From: Telmatocola sphagniphila
GTDB lineage: Bacteria; Planctomycetota; Planctomycetia; Gemmatales; Gemmataceae
Assembly (NCBI RefSeq): GCF_018398935.1
Contig: NZ_CP074694.1
Location: 4,890,001 to 4,922,000, forward strand
DNA: 32,000 nucleotides
Reading direction: 5' to 3'
Shown here: piece by piece, positions 1 through 8,831 of the stretch
How the letters are laid out: every line of letters begins with the position of its first letter
Position numbering within the stretch: the first letter of the stretch is position 1
Program-made: the position numbers and the translations under genes
The notes under the pieces: generated by a model
The model's database searches: none
What the model was told of the DNA's origin: nothing
What the model saw: only the letters and a program-made list of their open reading frames with translations

Positions 1-1
1 G

Positions 2-964
2 CTCGGCCAGGAAGTGTTCGACTTTTCGCTGCTGCATCTGGCCCCCATTCCCAATCCGGTTCTGCATTACCCCAAGGCCGGCCTGTGGCAGAGGCCCGGC
101 GTACATCGCGCGGGGATCTGGTACTGGGAACTGGAAGTCATCCCGGAAGAGTGGCCGGCCCATGCCCGGGAATTGAACGAAATCTGGGCCCCGACCCGAT
201 TCATTCATCAGGCCATGAGCAAGGTCATGCCGGTGCCCGTCGTCCCGATGCTGCCCGGCGTGCCCGTACCGGTCGCTCCTCAGCTACCCCGACAGAACTT
301 CGGGCTCGATCCGAACAAATTCCTGTTCCTGTTCATGTTCGATATGAACAGCGTCATGGAACGGAAAAATCCCCTAGGTCTGATCGAGGCCTATCGCCGG
401 GCCTTCGGGAATAGTCGATCGACGCAACTGGCTATCAAGGTGTCGCGCGGCAAATCAGATCCCGAATCCTACGCCCGATTGACCGCAGCCGCGGCCACAG
501 TCGGCGGAGTGCTGATCGATCGGGTGATGACCCGCGAAGAATGCTACGGCCTGATGAACTGTTGCGACGCCTACGTTTCGTTGCATCGCTCGGAAGGTTT
601 CGGACTGACCATCGCCGAAGCGATGCTGCTGGGCAAGCCGGTGGTCGCCACGGCCTATTCGGGCAACCTCGATTTCAATACACCCGAAAATTCGAAACTG
701 ATTCCCTTCGACCTGATACCGATCACTCAGGCCAGCCCTGTTTATCCCAAAGGCGGTTACTGGGCCGAGCCTTCGATCAGCGCCGCCGCGGAAGCTATGA
801 AGTGGCTCTACGAAGATGCCGCCGGTCGGCAGGCGATAGCCCGTCGCGGCGAAGCGGATGCTCGAAAGATTCTCTCCCTCGAAGCCTATGGCCACCGCAT
901 CCAGTCTCATCTGCGGGAACTCAAAGAATTGGGATATGGCACCTCGCGATCGCAAGCGGCTTGA
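2..964 (+). CDS. Glycosyltransferase, GT1/GT4-like, C-terminal part (5' end lies outside the window)
   Basis: The frame is open from base 2 with no upstream stop, so the listed start at 14 is probably internal. The translation carries the GT-B C-terminal region HRSEGFGLTIAEAMLLGKPVVATAYSGNLDF, typical of retaining GT1/GT4 enzymes. Confidence 0.75.
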   Translation, partial: LGQEVFDFSLLHLAPIPNPVLHYPKAGLWQRPGVHRAGIWYWELEVIPEEWPAHARELNEIWAPTRFIHQAMSKVMPVPVVPMLPGVPVPVAPQLPRQNFGLDPNKFLFLFMFDMNSVMERKNPLGLIEAYRRAFGNSRSTQLAIKVSRGKSDPESYARLTAAAATVGGVLIDRVMTREECYGLMNCCDAYVSLHRSEGFGLTIAEAMLLGKPVVATAYSGNLDFNTPENSKLIPFDLIPITQASPVYPKGGYWAEPSISAAAEAMKWLYEDAAGRQAIARRGEADARKILSLEAYGHRIQSHLRELKELGYGTSRSQAA

Positions 965-1113
965 TCCCGCGAAATCTCGAAAATTCTATTATCGCCCCTT
1001 CAAATCAAATGTTTTGAAATCTCTGACTCTCACGAGCGTTCTTTATTCGTTGCGACAACGTCGAGTTTCGGCTAAACTTGACCCACATCGAAGGCTCTCG
1101 CGGGAATGGGTTT

Positions 1114-3219
1114 ATGGATTCGCCAGTAAATGCCCTGAAAAACTGGGCCAAGTGGACCTTTTCCTTTTCAAATAATCGGGAAGCCTGGCGCGAACGAATC
1201 TGCCTCTTCTCTCTGGTTCTGCTGAGCGTTCTTCTTTTCGCTTTTTACGGTGCTATTCCCGGTCCGCTGAAACTGATTCTGTCCCTGGTGATGGTGTTTC
1301 TGTTCGCCTACGCCGCCCGCAACGGGGCTCTTCGCCTCTTTGGACCAGTGCTGGCCTACGACATGCTGCGGATCGGCCGACGGCGACTCAACTTCACTTT
1401 GCGAACCTCCTATGCGTTGCTTCTGGGCTTCATGCTGGCCTGGATGTACTACTTCACCACCGCGCGTTTCGCTCACAGCGCGGACGGCCTGATCCCCCCC
1501 AAGGAACAAGCCTGGATCGGCGAGACCGTTTTTATTTCCTTCATGGTCATCCAATTCGTGCTGCTGGCACTGCTGACGCCGGGTTACGTGGCGGGGGCGA
1601 TTTCCGAGGAAAAAGAACGTAAAACCCTCGAGTTTTTACTCGCCACCGATCTCCGCAATCGGGAGATCATTTTCGGGAAGTTCGTCAGCCGCATCGCCAA
1701 TCTGCTGTTCTATCTTCTGGCCGGCCTGCCGGTCCTGAGCCTGATTCAACTCTTCGGCGGCATCGATCCGGAATTCCTGCTGCTGACATACGCCTTGACG
1801 CTGATGACTATTCTTAGCGAAGCCTCCGTCAGCATGGCCGCTTCGACGATGACCCGCCGCGCCCGGGATGCCATCGCTCTAAGTTACCTCTCAATCATTG
1901 CCTATCTGGCACTTACCGGGGTAGCGCAATTACTACGCGCGTTAAGTTGGGCCGGTACGCCTCTCGAGCTGGCGGGATTCAAACTCACTCTGGTCGATTT
2001 TCTGGACTTCATTTCTGCCGGGAACATCGGCTACGACGTCGCTCTTCTGAGCACTCGCATGATCGGGCCAGGTATTATCAGCTTCAACGATCTGGCTCGC
2101 GGTTACGTGATCTTCCACCTGTTCGTTATTGTTTTCTGCCTCGGCTACTCCGTGCTGCGGCTACGTTCGATCGCTCTGAACCAGCTGTTCGGCCGGATCG
2201 GAGGAGGCTCGAACCGGGCTCTCACTCGGCAGGAACGGCGGGCCTCGCGACGCCGGGCGGTCGGCAATTATCCGATGATCTGGAAAGAGACCTTCTACGA
2301 ACGGATGAAACTATCGATCGTGGGTCGAATTTTTATCCTTCTGCTGGGACTGGCATGCCTGCTGCCGCCGATTCTCCTGATTTTTGCGGAGTGGGACAAT
2401 CGCTATCAGAATTTCTTCGAATACATTGTCTCGCCCCGGATCTGGTCGGAATTGCCGCGGTTTTCCCACGAGTATGTGGGCATCATCGGCCCCATCGTCT
2501 GCAGTTTCTTCTTCCTGGGAATCGCCGTGCGGGCGGCGAACTGCATCCGCAATGAAAAAGATCAGCAGACGCTCGATGACTTGCTGACGACGTCTCTCAC
2601 TACCTGGGAAATCCTGTTCGGAAAGTGGTTCGGCTGCGTTTTCTCGATGCGTCTGGGCTGGTACTGGTTATTCGGGATCTGGATCTTCGGCTGGCTCTCT
2701 TTTGGAATTACTTTCCTGACCCTTTTGCTGCTGGCCGTCAGTACGGTAATCTACGCCAGCGCTTTCGCCTGGATTGGGATTTGTTGTTCGCTGACTTGCA
2801 GTACCTCGTTGCGGGCCACCATGTGGAGCATCTGCGGTTCGATTTTCTGCGGCGGCGGCTACCTGATCGTATTCGGTTTCTGTTGTGCGATGCCGCTGGA
2901 AACTGTCGTCGATATGAGAATGCAGGATCTGGAATGGCTGCTGCGTTTAGTTACCTCCTTCAGCCCGCCCTGGATTCTGCATTATTTCACTTTTCAGGAG
3001 TTCAGCGCCCAGGAAATGGAAGGGCCGATGCGGGCCGGGGAATCGTACTTCGGTTACGCGGGAGTTGGGGTGCTGGGTTGGGTAGCACTCTCTTTTCTGC
3101 TCAGCCGGTTTTGCCAATCCCGATTCCAGGAGATGACCAACCGCATACCTTATACTCCAGAGGTTCCACCGGCACCCCCGCCGTTGACCGCCAAACGGGA
3201 TGTTCTCGAAACGCCGTGA
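1114..3219 (+). CDS. Polytopic membrane protein made of two tandem ABC-2-type permease modules
   Basis: Long ORF with many hydrophobic segments. The ABC-2 permease signature occurs twice: ISEEKERKTLEFLLATDLRNREIIFGKF (nt 1600-1683) and IRNEKDQQTLDDLLTTSLTTWEILFGKW (nt 2545-2628). I chose the ATG at 1114 over the TTG at 1078, so the start is uncertain. Confidence 0.7.
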   Translation: MDSPVNALKNWAKWTFSFSNNREAWRERICLFSLVLLSVLLFAFYGAIPGPLKLILSLVMVFLFAYAARNGALRLFGPVLAYDMLRIGRRRLNFTLRTSYALLLGFMLAWMYYFTTARFAHSADGLIPPKEQAWIGETVFISFMVIQFVLLALLTPGYVAGAISEEKERKTLEFLLATDLRNREIIFGKFVSRIANLLFYLLAGLPVLSLIQLFGGIDPEFLLLTYALTLMTILSEASVSMAASTMTRRARDAIALSYLSIIAYLALTGVAQLLRALSWAGTPLELAGFKLTLVDFLDFISAGNIGYDVALLSTRMIGPGIISFNDLARGYVIFHLFVIVFCLGYSVLRLRSIALNQLFGRIGGGSNRALTRQERRASRRRAVGNYPMIWKETFYERMKLSIVGRIFILLLGLACLLPPILLIFAEWDNRYQNFFEYIVSPRIWSELPRFSHEYVGIIGPIVCSFFFLGIAVRAANCIRNEKDQQTLDDLLTTSLTTWEILFGKWFGCVFSMRLGWYWLFGIWIFGWLSFGITFLTLLLLAVSTVIYASAFAWIGICCSLTCSTSLRATMWSICGSIFCGGGYLIVFGFCCAMPLETVVDMRMQDLEWLLRLVTSFSPPWILHYFTFQEFSAQEMEGPMRAGESYFGYAGVGVLGWVALSFLLSRFCQSRFQEMTNRIPYTPEVPPAPPPLTAKRDVLETP

Positions 3220-3257
3220 GGTCGCCGGGTTTTCACACGAAGTTCGAAAGGATACGC

Positions 3258-4133
3258 ATGTCTCTCCGTTATATTCTTCTGGCTCTGACGGGCTGGACGC
3301 TGGTGTCGATGTCGGCCTTCGCCGCCGATCCCAAAATCAAACTGCTGATCATCGACGGTCAGAACAATCACAATTGGAAGGAATCGACGCCGCTGCTGAA
3401 GGAAATCTTCGAAAAAGCCGGCATTTTCGATGTCAGCATCGCGACGGCCCCGCCCGGAGATACCAAAGGTTTCGCCCCCAAGTTCAGCGATTACCAAGTA
3501 ATCGTCTCCAACTACAACGGCAAAGACTGGCCGGCAGAAACGCAGAAAGCCTTCGAGGAATACGTCCGCAACGGCGGCGGCTTCGTCTCGGTTCACGCCG
3601 CGGATAATTCCTTCGGCGACTGGCCCGAGTACAACACCATGATCGGCGTCGGTGGTTGGGGCGGACGCAAACCCACCGAAGGGGCCTACCTCCGGATCAA
3701 GGGAAGCAACTTCGTTCGAGACACCGACAAGGGAGACCGCGTCGGCAGCCACGGCGCACAGCACGAATTCCTGATGACGACGCGCGCCGCCGAGCATCCC
3801 ATTATGAAAGGCTTGCCGGAAAAATGGATGCACGGCAAAGACGAACTGTATGACCGGCTGCGAGGACCGGCCAAGAATGTGACGGTACTCGCCAGCGCTT
3901 TCTCGGAAAAATCCAAGGGCGGCAGCGGCGTGGACGAACCGCTTCTGATGGTGATCGATTACGGCAAAGGACGCGTCTTTCACACGGCATTAGGTCATGG
4001 AAAGGAAGCGATTCTTTGTGCGGGTTTCGCGACCACGTTGACGCGAGGGGCCGAATGGGTCGCTACCGGAAAAGTGACGCAGGAAGTTCCCACGAACTTC
4101 CCCACGGCTGAAAAATCAAGCAACTGGAAGTAA
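3258..4133 (+). CDS. ThuA-domain protein with N-terminal signal peptide
   Basis: The ATG at 3258 is followed by the signal-like MSLRYILLALTGWTLVSMSAFAA. The sequence then reads KIKLLIIDGQNNHNWKESTPLLKEIF...GGGFVSVHAADNSF...GRVFHTALGH, which resembles ThuA-like (class I glutamine amidotransferase-like fold) proteins. The 2625-3257 part of the track ORF overlaps the permease gene in another frame. Confidence 0.75.
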   Translation: MSLRYILLALTGWTLVSMSAFAADPKIKLLIIDGQNNHNWKESTPLLKEIFEKAGIFDVSIATAPPGDTKGFAPKFSDYQVIVSNYNGKDWPAETQKAFEEYVRNGGGFVSVHAADNSFGDWPEYNTMIGVGGWGGRKPTEGAYLRIKGSNFVRDTDKGDRVGSHGAQHEFLMTTRAAEHPIMKGLPEKWMHGKDELYDRLRGPAKNVTVLASAFSEKSKGGSGVDEPLLMVIDYGKGRVFHTALGHGKEAILCAGFATTLTRGAEWVATGKVTQEVPTNFPTAEKSSNWK

Positions 4134-4152
4134 ATCCAAACGACGGGATCGG

Positions 4153-4599
4153 TTAACTGACCCAAGTCCCGTCCACGATATTCCAATTCAGCAGTTCTTC
4201 AGGTTTAAACCAAAGAGAAATCTCCAGAGAGGCATTCTCGGCACTGTCGCTCCCGTGAATCAGATTGTTTTGCACGCTCAGGGCGAAATCCCCTCGAATC
4301 GTACCGGGGGGAGCTTTGGCCCCATCGGTCAGTCCCATCAGATTTCTGCAAACCTGCACGGCTTCACGTCCCTGCCAGACCATGGCCACTGTCGGGCCGG
4401 AGGTCAAAAATTCGAGCAGCGATTCATAGAACGGCTTACCCTTGTGCACGGCATAGTGCTTCTCGGCCAGAGCTCGATCCGCTTTGACAAACTTCAGGCC
4501 GATCAGTTGCAGGCCCTTCTGTTCAAAGCGAGCGGTGATCGAACCAATCAAACGGCGTTGAATGGCATCCGGCTTCAGTAGAATCAGCGTTTGCTGCAT
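4153..4599 (-). CDS. ndk: Nucleoside diphosphate kinase
   Basis: 148 aa with LILLKPDAIQRRLIGSITARFEQKGLQLIGLKF...GPTVAMVWQGREAV...GTIRGDFA...NLIHGSDS, the full-length NDK pattern including the active-site His context (NxxHGSD). Confidence 0.95.
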   Translation of the reverse strand: MQQTLILLKPDAIQRRLIGSITARFEQKGLQLIGLKFVKADRALAEKHYAVHKGKPFYESLLEFLTSGPTVAMVWQGREAVQVCRNLMGLTDGAKAPPGTIRGDFALSVQNNLIHGSDSAENASLEISLWFKPEELLNWNIVDGTWVS

Positions 4600-4841
4600 G
4601 GAGTGCTGCCCGTATCTTCGAGTTCAATAACAATTTAGGTTTAGTCAGTCTGTGGCGCCCCAAAGCGGACGTCCAGATGAGTTTTCCCATTTTTCACGGC
4701 TTCGCAAAAATATCGGATCGACTAGCGGGATTTCACCCGGTTTGATCCGAAATTCTCGAAACCTTCACATGACATATGAATTATGATTCATAATTTAAAA
4801 GTAAATGTTTTCCTAATTTACTTTTTATCGGAGCCAATCTC

Positions 4842-5879
4842 GTGCCTAAAACACGTAGAGGGTTTACCCTGATCGAACTTCTGGTGGTGATCGCGATCAT
4901 TGCCATTCTCATCGGCCTTCTTTTGCCTGCAGTTCAGAAGGTCCGCGAAGCCGCCTCACGCATCAAATGCGCCAACAATTTGAAGCAGCTGGGCCTCGCG
5001 GTGATGAATTATGAAAGTGCCTTCAGTTATCTTCCTCCCTCCAGTATCAACAGCCCGGGCATTCCCGCGCCTTCTCAGATGTCGCAATTTCTGAAGGTCG
5101 GCACGACGGGCACTTCCTCGGCGAACTATGCCCAGACATCGTTTCTGACGATCATCCTCCCGTTCATCGAGCAGGGCAACATCCTGCAGCAGAACGGCAT
5201 CAGCTACGATTTCCGTCAGGATTGGTATTCGGTCAACAATCAGGCGGCGGCCACCCACCGCATCCCGACCTTCGAATGCCCTTCGACTCCCACCACGCAC
5301 CTGATTGACCCCGCTCTGCAGGCATCCACATACGGCAACTTGGTTTACGCCACTTCCGACTACATGGCCGTCAACCGCAGCAACAATCGCCCCGCCATTT
5401 GGCAGGCGATGGGTTTGAACTATCCCGGCAGCGTGCCTGTGGTATCCAGCGATAAAGGCATCAAGGGGGTGATGATCACCAACGATTTCAGCACCATCAT
5501 GCAGATTACGGATGGCTTGAGCAACATGATCATGATTGGCGAAGCTGCTGGCCGTCCCGCTCAATACCTCAAGGGCAATAAGCTCGCGGTCACCCAGCCC
5601 ACCTACATGAACGGGCCTTGGGCTTATTCGGGCAATGACATTGCAGTCGACGGATCCACCGGCGGGCCGAACTATACGACCCTGACAAACGCGGCCGACG
5701 TCCCCTCTTCCTGCCAGATCAACTGCAACAATCAGGGGGAGCTTTATGCCTTCCACACGGGTGGCTGCAACGTGGTCATGGGAGATGCTTCCGTCCGCTT
5801 CCTGCGGGATTCGATTTCGCTGGCCAATTTGCTGAAAATGTGCGCTCGCGGAGACGGCTATCCTGTCGAAATTGATTAA
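4842..5879 (+). CDS. DUF1559 / H-X9-DG family protein with prepilin-type N-terminal cleavage/methylation motif
   Basis: GTG start preceded by GGAG. The N-terminus [55 protein letters not shown] is the classic type IV pilin-like leader plus DUF1559 head. The C-terminal motif [17 protein letters not shown] has DA here instead of DG. Confidence 0.9.
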   Translation: MPKTRRGFTLIELLVVIAIIAILIGLLLPAVQKVREAASRIKCANNLKQLGLAVMNYESAFSYLPPSSINSPGIPAPSQMSQFLKVGTTGTSSANYAQTSFLTIILPFIEQGNILQQNGISYDFRQDWYSVNNQAAATHRIPTFECPSTPTTHLIDPALQASTYGNLVYATSDYMAVNRSNNRPAIWQAMGLNYPGSVPVVSSDKGIKGVMITNDFSTIMQITDGLSNMIMIGEAAGRPAQYLKGNKLAVTQPTYMNGPWAYSGNDIAVDGSTGGPNYTTLTNAADVPSSCQINCNNQGELYAFHTGGCNVVMGDASVRFLRDSISLANLLKMCARGDGYPVEID

Positions 5880-5911
5880 TGTTCCATCTTAATATTAATT
5901 AAAATTCATTT

Positions 5912-5945
5912 AAAGCCGTGGTAGTACACCACGGCTTTGTTTTTT
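5912..5945 (+). terminator. Rho-independent terminator after the first DUF1559 gene
   Basis: An 11-bp perfect stem, aaagccgtggt (5912-5922) with accacggcttt (5928-5938), and a 5-nt loop agtac. It is followed by gtttttt. Confidence 0.8.
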
Positions 5946-6083
5946 GTAGATGTTTGAAAAAATTTCTATGTAAATTCTCATCTTCACAAATTTCTCTTTT
6001 GAATCCCCTTTTCGTTCTGATATTAATTTTCTCTGATCCTCTCTCACTAATTTGTCATCTGTTTTTTTCCTCGGAGAACGTCA

Positions 6084-7184
6084 ATGCGCTTGAATCGTAA
6101 AGGTTTTACGCTGATTGAGTTGCTGGTGGTGATAGCCATCATTGCAATCTTGATCGGTTTGCTGCTCCCCGCCGTACAAAAAGTACGCGATGCCGCAGCT
6201 CGGATGAAGTGCTCGAACAACTTGAAGCAATGTGCTCTCGCAGCCATGAACTACGAATCGGCTTATGGCCTGTTCCCCTGCATTAACGTCGACAAGACCG
6301 GTGCTACAGCTAACACAAATACTTCTCCGGGATACTACACCCCTTATTCGGATGGTGATGGTCCTGCCGGTGCGAAGACCTATTTCCCCATTGCTCCTCA
6401 ACAGGGCAAGTACATTTCGCTCTGGGAAAATCTCTTCCCCTACCTCGAACAAGGCAACCTTTTCAACAGCCTGACACTGAACAACACGAACGCGACCACC
6501 GGTACTCAGTACGCCAACCTGTCTCCGGTTTTAGGGGCCGCTCCTGGGCAAACATCGGTTCCCAGTTTAATTTGCCCTTCGGATGTGGGTATTGCTCAAC
6601 AACCTATCCAAGGTTATGTTCACACGGCTCAAGGTTCGACCGGACTTTACTTCGGGATCTGCAGCTACGGCGGTAACGGCGGTACGTATTCCGGCTATTA
6701 TGCCTCGACCAACTTTGACGGCGTGTTCAACGTGAATAGCACGACCAAAATTGCAAGCATCACGGACGGAACCAGCAACACCTTCATGTTCATGGAACGC
6801 TACCACCTCGACCCCGTTTTCGATTCGATCTGCGGCTCTAAAGGTGACCTGACGATCAAAACTTACGGCGGTTGGGCTTGGACGAACATCTACGCCACGG
6901 AAGACCAACTGCTCAGCTGCCCCTGGCAACGAGTTACCAATGCTCCATTCGATAGCACCTATCTGAGCAGCAAGATCATCAACTGGACCATTCCTGCCGG
7001 CACTTCCGCCAGCTACAACGTTTGCGACGAACGACTGGCCGTTCCCGGTAGCGGTCACACCGGCGGCGCCAACTTCGCTTTCTGCGATGGTTCGGTGCGA
7101 TTCATTCGCGACACCATCGCTCCTCAAATTCTGAACATCTACGCTGTGATTAACGACGGCTTGGTTAATCCATCTTTGGATTAA
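6084..7184 (+). CDS. DUF1559 / H-X9-DG family protein with prepilin-type N-terminal motif
   Basis: ATG preceded by GGAGA. N-terminus [55 protein letters not shown]-terminal [17 protein letters not shown] is a canonical H-X9-DG. Confidence 0.9.
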   Translation: MRLNRKGFTLIELLVVIAIIAILIGLLLPAVQKVRDAAARMKCSNNLKQCALAAMNYESAYGLFPCINVDKTGATANTNTSPGYYTPYSDGDGPAGAKTYFPIAPQQGKYISLWENLFPYLEQGNLFNSLTLNNTNATTGTQYANLSPVLGAAPGQTSVPSLICPSDVGIAQQPIQGYVHTAQGSTGLYFGICSYGGNGGTYSGYYASTNFDGVFNVNSTTKIASITDGTSNTFMFMERYHLDPVFDSICGSKGDLTIKTYGGWAWTNIYATEDQLLSCPWQRVTNAPFDSTYLSSKIINWTIPAGTSASYNVCDERLAVPGSGHTGGANFAFCDGSVRFIRDTIAPQILNIYAVINDGLVNPSLD

Positions 7185-7220
7185 TTTTGAAGTTGTGACG
7201 ACTCCTTAGAATTTACTCTT

Positions 7221-7246
7221 GGCGGAATTAATAATTCCGCCTTTTT
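7221..7246 (+). terminator. Hairpin plus T-tract between the DUF1559 gene and the downstream lipoprotein gene
   Basis: ggcggaatta (7221-7230) pairs with taattccgcc (7232-7241), followed by ttttt. This is an intrinsic-terminator shape located 37 nt after the stop at 7184 and 28 nt before the ATG at 7274. Confidence 0.6.
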
Positions 7247-7273
7247 CATTGGATGACCCTGTTGGAGTAATAA

Positions 7274-7711
7274 ATGACCTCATTGAATTGCTATACTCTT
7301 CGCGGCGCGGTTGCAGTCCTGGCGATCGCCATTATCGGATGCGGCCCGGATGGTCCGATCGGAAAAGTGACACCCGTGGAAGGCGTAATTAAACTGGATG
7401 ATACGCCGCTCGTCGAAGTGACCATCCAATTCACACCTGTGGAGGGCGGCGGCAAGTTGATAGGCTCAACTGGTGTCACCGATGCCCAAGGTCATTTCGT
7501 GATGAAAACGGGCGACGGCCGCGACGGCGCTATCGTCGGAAAACAAAAAGTGACCGTGCGTTCCGAACGGGCCGATACACGCTCGGGCTATAAAGGTTCC
7601 CCCCGGTCCGTACCACCCAGATATAGCGCTACCGACGATAAAAACCCGCTGGGTACTATCGATGTGAGCGAAGGCAAGAAGACTTACGATTTCGATTTGA
7701 AGTCCAAATAG
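7274..7711 (+). CDS. Small lipoprotein, DUF1559-associated (possibly a transthyretin/carboxypeptidase-regulatory-like beta-sandwich)
   Basis: ATG preceded by GGAG. Signal plus lipobox AIAIIGCG. Paralog of the 12198-12599 product, with a shared V-x-G-x-V-x-LD start, a central GG motif and an identical C-terminal FDLKSK. Confidence 0.7.
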   Translation: MTSLNCYTLRGAVAVLAIAIIGCGPDGPIGKVTPVEGVIKLDDTPLVEVTIQFTPVEGGGKLIGSTGVTDAQGHFVMKTGDGRDGAIVGKQKVTVRSERADTRSGYKGSPRSVPPRYSATDDKNPLGTIDVSEGKKTYDFDLKSK

Positions 7712-7741
7712 CAAAATCTGCTTCTCGCCCGACTATCTCTT

Positions 7742-7766
7742 CAATGCCGACTATTTGTCGGCATTG
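7742..7766. terminator. Stem-loop between convergent genes, overlapping the last codons of the TPR gene
   Basis: 10-bp stem caatgccgac (7742-7751) with gtcggcattg (7757-7766), loop tattt, then ttta. It sits 31 nt after the lipoprotein stop and covers the stop of the minus-strand TPR gene. Confidence 0.5.
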
Positions 7767-8506
7767 TTTACGTTGAAAGCCAATAGCCGGGGGGCCGGAG
7801 AGCTGGCCCGATCAATTCGGATAATGGCCCCGGCCTCACTGACCTTTCGCAACTTTCCAGCAGACGGGAAACTGAGAATCGCCGGTTCCTCGGAGACCCT
7901 TTCCTGGGACTCCAAAGCCACATACATGCGGAACTGCCGTTGCAGATAATTGCGATCCTGCGGCCGCAGAGCAAAGCTACCCTTCTGCATCATCACCGCG
8001 CTCAGATCTTCTGAATTCAGATTCGCCAAACCCCGGGCGAGTTCATCCAGAACGTGCGGTTCGCTCGGCCGAAGGCTCAGACACTTTCGAAAGCAGCGTA
8101 CCGCTTCCTTGGGCCGATGGAGTTGCAGGGCGGCTCGTCCTAACGCGGACCAGAGCTTGGCCGCGGACGGATCCATCGCAATGGCCAGATTCAAATGGTT
8201 CCAGGCTCGTTTGGGTTGAGCTTCGCCGTCGGCCAGAATCGCCTGGCCCATGCGATAGTGCAGGTCGGGGCAGGTCGGTTCCAGTATCAGAGCGGCCGCC
8301 AGACAGCGACGGGCCGATTTCAATTCTTTTTGTTCGGTATGGATTTCCGCCAGCAGACGATAGCCAGCCACCCGACTGGCGGCCGATACTTCCGGCAGAG
8401 AAATGAAATGTTCCAGACACCGGCGGGCATCTCGAGTCTGGCCGGAATTCGCCAGACGCTCCGCGCGGTTCAATAGTTCGTCGGAGAACGAAAGAGATTC
8501 GTCCAT
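7751..8506 (-). CDS. TPR-repeat protein
   Basis: Repeated A/L-rich helical pairs, such as ARRCLEHFISLP, AGYRLLAEIHTEQKELKSARRCLAAALILEP, WNHLNLAIAMDP, WSALGRAALQLHRPKEAVRCFRKCLSLRP. I chose the ATG at 8506 because GGGAGG lies 8 nt upstream. The track start at 8527 is an alternative. Confidence 0.7.
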   Translation of the reverse strand: MDESLSFSDELLNRAERLANSGQTRDARRCLEHFISLPEVSAASRVAGYRLLAEIHTEQKELKSARRCLAAALILEPTCPDLHYRMGQAILADGEAQPKRAWNHLNLAIAMDPSAAKLWSALGRAALQLHRPKEAVRCFRKCLSLRPSEPHVLDELARGLANLNSEDLSAVMMQKGSFALRPQDRNYLQRQFRMYVALESQERVSEEPAILSFPSAGKLRKVSEAGAIIRIDRASSPAPRLLAFNVNNADK

Positions 8507-8831
8507 AGTTGCGGCCTCCCTGCACATACCGGCCCGCCAATCCTTGGCAGCCTTGAACCTATCCTATACCTCTCGTCAACCTTTCTACAAGATCATCGGA
8601 AATAAGTTCAAAAGAATGTGTCAAAAAGACAAAAAACGATTTTCGCAATTTGCCCAGCTTCACCGACCGTCACAAACCGGGCCCAGCTTTCCGAGGTCGC
8701 ATGCTGCAACCCTCCCAGCTTGTTGTCAGCATTTCAAACCCTAAGACTCCTAAGCTTTCCCTCAAGAAGTTCTTCCCGGATTGCCGAATTTTCCATAGGG
8801 GATGTACCGCTTCCAGGATGGAAGGTTGCCG

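Noticed and set aside
1078-1113. TTG start at 1078 for the permease gene, plus the track starts at 8527, 8802, 15865, 19979, 20114, 25517, 26587, 27418 and 29071
   Set aside because: In each case an internal ATG has a better Shine-Dalgarno match, avoids overlap with a neighbouring gene or terminator, or coincides with the beginning of a signal or TM segment. These start choices remain predictions.
2625-3257. N-terminal 211-codon extension of the 502-aa track ORF that ends at 4133
   Set aside because: This part overlaps the ABC-2 permease gene in another frame and translates to low-complexity R/L/F-rich sequence. A signal peptide begins exactly at the internal ATG at 3258, so only 3258-4133 is called.
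4682-4697. Shared T-rich motif upstream of two DUF1559 genes: ttttcccatttttcac at 4682-4697 and ttttccttggtttttcag at 11097-11114
   Set aside because: The motifs are only loosely similar, lie at different distances from the start codons (about 145 and 85 nt), and sit in generally AT-rich leaders. The third gene has only a partial match. This is not enough to call a promoter or operator without a genome-wide motif search.
4775-4792. Small palindrome tatgaat-tatg-attcata upstream of the first DUF1559 gene, considered as a possible operator
   Set aside because: The arms are only 7 nt long and lie in a very AT-rich region where such palindromes arise easily. No second copy exists in the window.
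4956-5756. 266-aa minus-strand ORF inside the first DUF1559 gene. Similar antisense ORFs occur at 6567-7127, 11241-11723, 12769-13464, 13786-14373, 24046-24909, 26408-27154, 27743-28597 and 29917-30699.
   Set aside because: All lie antisense to, or out of frame with, genes that have clear family signatures. Their translations are R/G/A/H-biased with no motifs. I treated them as non-coding frames kept open by GC content.
5918-6100. 60-aa ORF in the leader of the second DUF1559 gene
   Set aside because: It starts inside the terminator hairpin (5912-5945) and runs through AT/CT-rich low-complexity leader sequence into the next gene's start. Its translation is F/L/S-rich. It is unlikely to be coding.
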